DNA from: Candidatus Binatia bacterium
GTDB taxonomy: Bacteria; Desulfobacterota; Binatia; Bin18
Length of the DNA stretch: 26,273 nt
Assembly (NCBI GenBank): GCA_963664395.2
Contig: CAXXIS010000001.1
Span: forward strand, 1-26,273
Reading direction: 5' to 3'
Made by a program: the position numbers and the translations under genes. This document shows positions 1 to 6,968 of this stretch, one piece after another (position 1 is the stretch's first letter; every line of letters begins with the position of its first letter). The notes under the pieces are model-generated. The model searched no databases. It was given only the letters and a program-made list of their open reading frames with translations, and was not told the origin of the DNA.

Positions 1-109
1 GCGTGCTTTGAAGAAGGGTGTGGAGAGTCAGAATACGGCTAACTCATAGCCCGGTAGCCGGATTATCATATCGAACGCGTGCGCAGTGACGCGCGCCAAG
101 CCGTCGCAC

Positions 110-604
110 TTACTCTGAGGAGGGTGCGGCGGCGAGGACCTCCGCCTTATGTTCCCGCAGGAACTGGGCGACATCGTTTGAGGCGCGGAGCAGAATCTCG
201 ATATAGGCGACGTCGGCACTCGCTACGCCGGCCAGCGTATGGTGATAGGCACCCAGGGCAGCTATGAGGTCTGTCTGCCGGTCTGGGATCACTTCAAATT
301 TTTCCGTCAGACAAGCGTTAATGCCTTCAGCCAACGCATCGAAGGTCTCCTGCTCGACGCCTTCGGTCGTCCCTGAGACCAACTCCTGCCAGAGCAGCTC
401 TATGGCATACCGCGCGGGGTGATCGCGCCGTAGGCCGGCGCTGAGCTGGTAGAGTTGATTGGCGAGGGGCTGCCAGCGCGCGGGACGTTTGTGGGACACT
501 AGGGCATTTGCCTTCAGCAAACGTGCATGGAAGACATTGAGACTATACTGTTCAGTTAAGAGACGAATAATCGTATCAAACTCATGTGAAGTGACGTGTG
601 CCAT
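110..604 (-). CDS. Hypothetical protein, about 164 aa, probably alpha-helical
   Basis: Part of ORF 110..694. ATG at 604 (MAHVTSHEF) is preceded by an SD-like AGAAAGGA. Composition is protein-like but I recognise no motif. Confidence 0.65.
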   Translation of the reverse strand: MAHVTSHEFDTIIRLLTEQYSLNVFHARLLKANALVSHKRPARWQPLANQLYQLSAGLRRDHPARYAIELLWQELVSGTTEGVEQETFDALAEGINACLTEKFEVIPDRQTDLIAALGAYHHTLAGVASADVAYIEILLRASNDVAQFLREHKAEVLAAAPSSE

Positions 605-642
605 GGTGTTCCTTTCTGATGGTATCCGGGTTCGGTTTGGTG

Positions 643-656
643 ACTGGTATGCCAGT
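643..656. promoter_or_regulatory. Imperfect palindrome ACTGGTATGCCAGT, candidate operator in divergent intergenic region
   Basis: 14-bp inverted repeat with one mismatched pair, between divergent starts at 604 and 815. The core TGGTATGCCA resembles GntR-family boxes. Confidence 0.25.
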
Positions 657-814
657 AATCGCGCGATCATGACAAAAACCTGTGCCGCTCGCAATGCACT
701 CGTTTTCTTGCCCCCCGTCCAGACTTGGTCTAAAGAAGAGAGGGCTGTGGTTGGACACTACTGCAAGAGCGGTCACGGATGAGGGCTGTTCAAGACAAAA
801 AAGAGGGGAACAGG

Positions 815-1534
815 ATGACGACGGATCACGAAAAAATTCTTGAAATTATCCGCTTAAAAGATCAGGCTCCGCTTGTCCTGGCGCGCGGTAAAACCGCCCT
901 GCTGGTGATTGATATGCAGCGCTATTTTGTCAGCCCCCATTATCCGCTGATGCAAACCTTTGAGAAATTGGTCCCAGGGGTGAGCGCCGCCTACTGCGAG
1001 CGGGTCAATGCGTCTGTCATTCCCAATATCAAGCGTTTGCTGGACTGCTTTCGGGCCCGGCGGATGCCGGTTATGTACACCGCCATTGGCACCTGCCTGA
1101 AGGACGGTCAGGATTTGAATTCCATGTGGAAGGCGCTCGATCAGCTCAGCCTGGACACGATTGGTGAACGCATGTTTCCCGCGGTTGACGAGCCGAGCTG
1201 GCAGATTGATGACAGCGTCGCGCCGCAGCCGGGTGAGCTGGTTGTGAATAAAACCTCGAGCGGGACCCTGAACTCGACCATGCTTGACCAAACGCTGCGC
1301 AATATGGGAATTGAATCGCTCCTGATCTGTGGGGTGACAACGGATGTGTGTGTCGAAACCACGGCCCGAGACGCGGCTGACCGGGGCTTTGACGTCACCA
1401 TCGTCGAGGATGCCTGCACGGCCTTCAGTTCGGACCTGCACCGCGCGGCTCTCCAGGCCTTCAGCTACGCATTCGGCCGGGTGCGCAAGACGCACGAGTT
1501 AATGCATCTCGTGAACACCGCAGAGGAAGTATGA
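815..1534 (+). CDS. Isochorismatase-family cysteine hydrolase
   Basis: TALLVIDMQ (catalytic Asp), VVNKTSSG (Lys), GVTTDVCVETTARDAADRGF (Cys nucleophile). ATG at 815 follows AGAGGGGAA; the ORF track starts at 779. Confidence 0.92.
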   Translation: MTTDHEKILEIIRLKDQAPLVLARGKTALLVIDMQRYFVSPHYPLMQTFEKLVPGVSAAYCERVNASVIPNIKRLLDCFRARRMPVMYTAIGTCLKDGQDLNSMWKALDQLSLDTIGERMFPAVDEPSWQIDDSVAPQPGELVVNKTSSGTLNSTMLDQTLRNMGIESLLICGVTTDVCVETTARDAADRGFDVTIVEDACTAFSSDLHRAALQAFSYAFGRVRKTHELMHLVNTAEEV

Positions 1535-2730
1535 AAGCACTGGTCTTTGCCAAGACAGCATCCAAAGATGCGCCTCCGGCCCCGGACTTTTTGCCCGGCC
1601 TGTCCAATCTCCAGTTACGCGAGGTGCCAACTCCCGATCTGCCCAATGAACGCTGGGTGGTGGTCAAGAGTAAAATTTCCGGTATCTGCGGCAGCGACCT
1701 TGGCTTTCTGCAGTGGAAGCCTATGCCGGCGGCAGAGCCGTATTTCGAGCTGCCGATGATTCCCGGCCACGAACTGTTCGGTGAAGTAGCTGCGGTGGGC
1801 AAGCGCGTTCGCGGGCTCCATGTGGGCCAACGAGTGACTATCGATCCCACGCTCGGCTGTCGTGAGCGTGGCTTTCGGAAGCTGTGTCCGCAGTGCCGAA
1901 ACGGCAACCCTGGGATTTGTGAACATATCGCTGAGGGGCTACTTCGTCCCGGGCTGTTAATTGGTATTTGTCCCGACACCGGCGGCGGCTGGGGTGAATA
2001 CTTTGTTGCCCCTGCGCACCGTCTGACCCCCTTGCCGGATGCGATTGATGATGATGAGGCCTCGCTGATTGAACCGTTTGCCGTGTGTCTTCGTGCGGTT
2101 CTCAATAATCCGCCGCGACGCAAAGAACTGGTGGTTGTCATCGGCGCGGGGACTATTGGTCTCATGAATATCGCCGCGCTCAAGGCCATTGAGCCGTCCT
2201 GTCGGGTGGCATGTATCGCCAAGTACCCGTTTCAGGCCAGACTGGCGCGCACACTTGGTGCCGATCACATTATTGATGCCCAGAAGCATGATGTGATGGC
2301 CCAGGTGGGTGAACTGGCCCAAACCAAGGTCTATCCGCTCTCCGGCGGTGGTGCGGTTTTGGCCGGTGGGGTGCGGCTGGTGTACGATACAATCACCAAC
2401 TCAGTGACGTTAAACCAGGCCCTCCGCATGGCGCAAGGCAAGGGGGCGGTTATTGTGCTCGGTTTGGCCGCCATGCCCGAAGGCGTTGACTGGACGCCGA
2501 CCTGGATGAAAGAAATTTCCATCGTTGGCAGTCTGACCTATGGGGCTGAGACGTTTCGGGGCAAACGTCAGGATACGTTTGTTCGAGCGGTTGAACTACT
2601 GAAGCGCCGGCGGGCGGACCTGCGCGCGGTCCGTCCGCGCAAATATCCGCTTGAGCAGTTTCGACAGGCGCTGACCGAAGCCGCCAGCAAAAAGACTTCG
2701 GGGGCGGTCAAGGTGTCGTTTGTGCCCTGA
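1531..2730 (+). CDS. Zinc-dependent medium-chain alcohol dehydrogenase (threonine/sorbitol DH-like)
   Basis: GICGSD, PGHE, structural-Zn Cys cluster (C..CPQC..C), Rossmann GAGTIG. ATGA overlap with the upstream gene. Confidence 0.92.
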   Translation: MKALVFAKTASKDAPPAPDFLPGLSNLQLREVPTPDLPNERWVVVKSKISGICGSDLGFLQWKPMPAAEPYFELPMIPGHELFGEVAAVGKRVRGLHVGQRVTIDPTLGCRERGFRKLCPQCRNGNPGICEHIAEGLLRPGLLIGICPDTGGGWGEYFVAPAHRLTPLPDAIDDDEASLIEPFAVCLRAVLNNPPRRKELVVVIGAGTIGLMNIAALKAIEPSCRVACIAKYPFQARLARTLGADHIIDAQKHDVMAQVGELAQTKVYPLSGGGAVLAGGVRLVYDTITNSVTLNQALRMAQGKGAVIVLGLAAMPEGVDWTPTWMKEISIVGSLTYGAETFRGKRQDTFVRAVELLKRRRADLRAVRPRKYPLEQFRQALTEAASKKTSGAVKVSFVP

Positions 2731-2764
2731 CCGCCCCCGAAAGGAAGAGAGATTCTACCGGCGT

Positions 2765-3145
2765 TTATTGCAGGGCTGCCATCAACGGGGCAATTGTGCC
2801 GCTATCGAAATAATCGCACCATGTGGTGATTTTGCCGTCGGTGAGGGTAAAGACGCCGAGGACAGGCAGCAGGACCCGAACGTCGCCCTTGACCCAGGTT
2901 TCCAGGCGCTCATTGGTGACGACATCGCCGGATGATGCCGTGTATGTGATCTCCATCTTTTGGAGTAAATTTGCGCCGACAAAAGGATCAAGGACCTCAC
3001 GCACCCCGGCATGTCCGGTCACCGGATCCCAAGGCATGTTGTGGTACAACACGTCCGCTGACAGATAGGACACCACCTTGCCCATATCTCCACCGCCCAA
3101 TGCATGACAGAATTCAGTCACGAGCTGTTCATTTTCAGCGCTCAT
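2765..3145 (-). CDS. Limonene-1,2-epoxide hydrolase family / NTF2-SnoaL-like protein
   Basis: YHNMP, VVTNERLETW, LPVLGVF..DGKITTWCDYFD are typical of LEH-like proteins. SD AGGAG upstream. Confidence 0.85.
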   Translation of the reverse strand: MSAENEQLVTEFCHALGGGDMGKVVSYLSADVLYHNMPWDPVTGHAGVREVLDPFVGANLLQKMEITYTASSGDVVTNERLETWVKGDVRVLLPVLGVFTLTDGKITTWCDYFDSGTIAPLMAALQ

Positions 3146-3356
3146 ACGTTCTCCTTTTTCTCCTCTGCTGGTGTCTCGCTAGCATAGGGGCGTATCGGCT
3201 GCAAGCGTGAGTACATGTTGCGATATGCTCTTTTGCGTATAAAAACTATGCGCCGCCTTGGTGTGTGTATTGCACTGGGCGGGCTGATTGTGCAAAACAT
3301 GTCTGGCGGCTACCTCTTGGCAACCGGTGGAACCGGCCCCTTACTTGTCTTTTTTT

Positions 3357-5714
3357 ATGCGTGAGCGCGACCTCCTGGCTTTAGAGTTCGACAAAGTCCT
3401 TCAGCTCCTGGCCGACTGCGCCTTGTCGTCCGCCGGTCAGGAAGCCTGCCTGGCCCTCCGGCCACAGATTGCCGAGCCGTTAGTCAGAGAAGACAGCGAG
3501 CGAACGTGGCAGTGCTTTCGTGTCGTGGAAGAACGCCTGAGCCTGCCGCTCGGAGCGTTCCCTGATATTCGTCCGACGTTTGAGTGGGCTGACCACGGAG
3601 GCGCTGCGCTTGAGGGACAAAAGCTCCTCGACATCCTGGCCGTTGTGACACGCTCCCGACTCCTTGCCACGTTTTTCCGCCGAGATGCAGCCGGGTTCGA
3701 CCGTCTGAGGGGGTATGCCGGCCGTCTCCCAGCTTTGCCCGACCTGGAGGCTGCCTTGCAGCGCTGTCTGGACGAGAACGGGACACTCAAAGACGCGGCA
3801 AGTCCGACCCTCCGTTCACTGCGGCGTCAGGTCCACGCCCTGGCAGACGACATTGAACAACGCCTCCAACGCACCCTGCGTTCAAGCGAAGCCAAGGATA
3901 CCGTGACTGACCATTTTGTCACGATTCGGAATAACCGTTTTGTCATTCCCGTCCGGCCAAATTTTCAGACTCGTTTACCGGGGATCGTACAGGATCGTTC
4001 CGGGTCGGGCGAAACGGTGTTCATCGAACCGCTGTTTGCGGTCGAACTCAATAACAGGCTGCTGCTCGCGCAGAAAGAAGTGACGGCTGAGGAACACCGG
4101 ATTCTGAGCTGGCTGACTGCTCTTGTTCGGGAGCAGCTCGATCAGCTCAAGCAGGCGTTTGCAACCTTGACGGAAATCGATGTCCTCCACGCCAAGGTTG
4201 TTTTTGCCCACAAATACGGCGCAACACAGCCACACTTTGGCTCGGCCATCCAACTGCGTTGTGCGAAGCATCCGTTGCTGACGGCCTCGAACAAATCGGT
4301 TGTCCCCATCGATTTGATCCTGCCGAACGATAAACGGGGGCTTATTATTACCGGTCCGAACACGGGTGGAAAAACGGTAGCCCTGAAAACCCTGGGCCTC
4401 ATATGCCTCATGGCGCAGACCGGCTTTTTGATCCCGACAGACGAAGCCAATGAGCTGCCTGTCTTTCGGAGTGTGTTTGCCGACATTGGTGATGCCCAGT
4501 CCCTGGAGCAGAGCTTATCCACCTTCTCGGCCCATATTACCAATGTCCGTGAGATCCTTGCTGCCCTGTCAGAGCCGGCGCTGATACTCCTTGACGAACC
4601 CGGCGGCGGAACAGACCCGGCCGAAGGGGGCGCCTTGGCAAATGGGCTGCTCACCTTTTTGAAAGAACGCCACGTGGCACTTGCGGTTGCCACTCATCTG
4701 AATCCGGTCAAACTCTTTACCATGGTGGACGGGAGCTATCAGATTGCGGCGGTCGCTTTTGACTTGGATACCCTCCAGCCGCAGTATCAACTCCAATACG
4801 ACGTGATAGGCCAGAGCCTCGGGCTGCCCATGGCCCGTCGCCTCGGTTTACCGGAAGAAGTGTGTAGGGCGGCAGAAGCGACATTGTCTGGTGAGGCCCG
4901 TCAGTTTTCTGAAGCGCTGGCCCGGCTCGAAGCATCCTCTGCTACGCTGGAGCGCGAACGGACCCGGATACAGGCGGAACGTGAACAGCTGACCACCCTG
5001 CGTATGCGCCAACAGCAACTCCTTGCCGAAGCCGAGGAAAAACGCCGCCAGGTCTGGCAGGACGAGGTGCGCGAAGCCAAGCTGCTGGTCCGACAGGTAC
5101 GCGCGGAAGGCCGCGAGGTAGTCGCGCAGCTCCGCAAAAACCTACAGACGCCGCGGGTCTCGCCCGGCACCGCCCGCCGAGACCTTGCACAGTTCTTGCA
5201 CGAGCAGGAAAAGGGGATCAAAGCAAAAGAGCAGCTATTCCAGACCGAGACGGTCTCCGATACGCCCCCGCCCCAGATTGGAGATGAAGTCGAGATCCGC
5301 AATGGGAAAATTCAGGGAACCCTACTGACGATCAACGCCACCAAAGCCCGGATTCGTCGAGGTGGAATGACGTTTGAAGTTCCCACCGCCCAAATCGCTC
5401 CAGTTCACGGTGCGTCCAAGCGCAAACAGGCGCCGAGCGTTCGTGTTGCAGTAGAACGCTCGGCGTCAAGTCGGCCTGAAATCAATTTACTCGGCCTCCG
5501 GGTTCGGGAGGCGCTGCCTCGGCTGGAAGTCTTCTTGGATCGGGCCATCCTCAGTAATCAGCCGTCGGTTCGTATCGTGCATGGTATGGGAACCGGTGCG
5601 TTGAGGCGGGCGATACGAGAGTATCTATCCGATTCGCCCTACTGCGCATCCTTTGACGAAGCTCCTCGAAGTGAAGGGGGCGGGGGTGCCACTGTGGCGG
5701 AACTCTCCTCATGA
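3357..5714 (+). CDS. mutS2: Endonuclease MutS2
   Basis: N-terminal LEFDKV, SGSGETVFIEP, Walker A GPNTGGKT, SLSTFSAH, LLDEPGGGTDP, coiled coil, KOW-like segment, C-terminal Smr domain (IVHGMGTGALR, GGGGAT). Start placed at ATG 3357; the ORF track begins at TTG 3288. Confidence 0.95.
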   Translation: MRERDLLALEFDKVLQLLADCALSSAGQEACLALRPQIAEPLVREDSERTWQCFRVVEERLSLPLGAFPDIRPTFEWADHGGAALEGQKLLDILAVVTRSRLLATFFRRDAAGFDRLRGYAGRLPALPDLEAALQRCLDENGTLKDAASPTLRSLRRQVHALADDIEQRLQRTLRSSEAKDTVTDHFVTIRNNRFVIPVRPNFQTRLPGIVQDRSGSGETVFIEPLFAVELNNRLLLAQKEVTAEEHRILSWLTALVREQLDQLKQAFATLTEIDVLHAKVVFAHKYGATQPHFGSAIQLRCAKHPLLTASNKSVVPIDLILPNDKRGLIITGPNTGGKTVALKTLGLICLMAQTGFLIPTDEANELPVFRSVFADIGDAQSLEQSLSTFSAHITNVREILAALSEPALILLDEPGGGTDPAEGGALANGLLTFLKERHVALAVATHLNPVKLFTMVDGSYQIAAVAFDLDTLQPQYQLQYDVIGQSLGLPMARRLGLPEEVCRAAEATLSGEARQFSEALARLEASSATLERERTRIQAEREQLTTLRMRQQQLLAEAEEKRRQVWQDEVREAKLLVRQVRAEGREVVAQLRKNLQTPRVSPGTARRDLAQFLHEQEKGIKAKEQLFQTETVSDTPPPQIGDEVEIRNGKIQGTLLTINATKARIRRGGMTFEVPTAQIAPVHGASKRKQAPSVRVAVERSASSRPEINLLGLRVREALPRLEVFLDRAILSNQPSVRIVHGMGTGALRRAIREYLSDSPYCASFDEAPRSEGGGGATVAELSS

Positions 5715-6331
5715 AAGTCTCTACTCGCGACGCCTTAGCCGACCTGCTGCTTGAAGCCTTGGACGATGCTGCGACAGCCGCCACGTTGCGCCGGCTTGTC
5801 GCCTACGCACGAACGTGCGAGGCAGGGCCTCACCCGCTGGCGATGGATGCGGTGCTGCGGTCTGCGCTCACTCCGGAGTTTGATTCAGAGTGGCAAGCCA
5901 TCAGAGCCAAACTCCTTCAATATGGGGCAGCCCTGGACGCTTGGTCCGGGGCGCCCGGAACCTTAGCTCTTGATGGTGTCCTGCAGAAAAGTGTTGTGCT
6001 CTTTAACCAGCAGCTCTTCTTTGAAGTGCATGAAGTCCTGGAACCGCAGTGGATGCAAGAGCAGGGCGAGGTCAAAATATTCCTGCAAGGGCTGATTCAG
6101 ATTGCCGTCGCGTTCTATCATCTCGGACGTGGCAACCTGGCGGGAACCCGCTCTCTTCTGCAGGAGGGGCTGATAAAGATATCCCCACACTCACCCACAT
6201 GTCTTGGTATTGAATTACAGGATTTTATTGCCGGGCTTGAAGTATGCCGGGAGGTGGTATCAGGTCTGAGTCCTGATACGTTCAAGCAGTTTTCCATGGA
6301 CTTGATTCCCCGGATGCAGCTCATAGCGTAA
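5711..6331 (+). CDS. DUF309 domain protein with N-terminal extension
   Basis: FNQQLFFEVHEVLEPQW and FLQGLIQIAVAFYH match the DUF309 pattern. ATGA overlap with mutS2. Confidence 0.85.
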   Translation: MKVSTRDALADLLLEALDDAATAATLRRLVAYARTCEAGPHPLAMDAVLRSALTPEFDSEWQAIRAKLLQYGAALDAWSGAPGTLALDGVLQKSVVLFNQQLFFEVHEVLEPQWMQEQGEVKIFLQGLIQIAVAFYHLGRGNLAGTRSLLQEGLIKISPHSPTCLGIELQDFIAGLEVCREVVSGLSPDTFKQFSMDLIPRMQLIA

Positions 6332-6354
6332 TCGTTCTCCACTGATGCACTGTC

Positions 6355-6831
6355 ATGCAAGTTGATCGGCTCATTATCACGGCCCGAGTACAGGCCGTCC
6401 GGGGCACGCTTTCGAGTGCCGCACTTGTGAAGGGTATTGCGGACGGAACGTGTGGTGCCCCGGACAGTATTCTCCTGGCAACGGGCGAAGTCGGAGCCGG
6501 AGAGAGGTGTGTTCAAGCGGTCGAGGCGCTTCGGCAGCACGGCATTGTCGGCGTTATTGCGCCAGCCTTTTCCTGGCCGTTCTTTCGGCTCTGCCTCCAT
6601 ACCGGTCTGCCGCCTCTGACCCTCTGGGAAGCAGGTGAAATTCGGACTGGCGATCGGTTACGGATCGATGTGAATATCCGCATAGTGAAAGCCATGAGCG
6701 CCGGTACTCGGTATCCGATTCGGGACCTGTCTGAGCTCCATATCGAGATTCTGGCCTGTGGCGGGATGGAAGGCTATGTGCGGGCGCGGCTGGCGGAACA
6801 GCACCTGGCGGCCTCCTCGGCGGACAGGTAG
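6355..6831 (+). CDS. Divergent aconitase swivel-domain protein (LeuD small-subunit-like)
   Basis: ILLATGEVGAG..AL...GI..VIAPAF...FFR....GLPPL, GDRLRID and EILACGG follow the LeuD/HacB pattern, but the GSSRE motif is absent. Confidence 0.7.
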   Translation: MQVDRLIITARVQAVRGTLSSAALVKGIADGTCGAPDSILLATGEVGAGERCVQAVEALRQHGIVGVIAPAFSWPFFRLCLHTGLPPLTLWEAGEIRTGDRLRIDVNIRIVKAMSAGTRYPIRDLSELHIEILACGGMEGYVRARLAEQHLAASSADR

Positions 6832-6875
6832 GGACGCGGGAACCTCGCCCCGGCGACCGGCGGCCACTCCTCGCC

Positions 6876-6905
6876 CTGAATGAGCTTGAACGAGCCTGAA
6901 CGAGC
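6876..6905 (+). repeat. Three 10-bp direct repeats (CTGAATGAGC/TTGAACGAGC/CTGAACGAGC)
   Basis: Read directly. They lie upstream of the helicase, bracketed by the inverted repeat GCGACCGGC (6853-6861) / GCCGGTCGC (6904-6912). Confidence 0.7.
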
Positions 6906-6940
6906 CGGTCGCATTCTCCCTTTTCCCTCTTCCTTGCGAC

Positions 6941-6949
6941 TGGTAGCAT
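6941..6949 (+). promoter_or_regulatory. Candidate extended -10 promoter element (TGGTAGCAT) for the helicase gene
   Basis: Matches TGnTAnnnT, about 20 nt upstream of ATG 6969. The -35 region is poor. Confidence 0.3.
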
Positions 6950-6968
6950 ACGCTCAGGGGCTACTGAT

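Noticed and set aside
1-267. Short ORFs 28..219 and 79..267
   Set aside because: Arg/Pro/Ser-rich shadow frames overlapping the better-supported 110..604 gene, with no motif support.
3288-3356. N-terminal extension of MutS2 from TTG 3288
   Set aside because: MutS2 homology (LEFDKV) begins just after ATG 3357; the extension looks non-coding.
6886-6901. LexA box upstream of the helicase (GAAC..GAAC)
   Set aside because: Spacing is N6, not the alphaproteobacterial GAAC-N7-GAAC, and it is not the GAAC-N4-GTTC palindrome.
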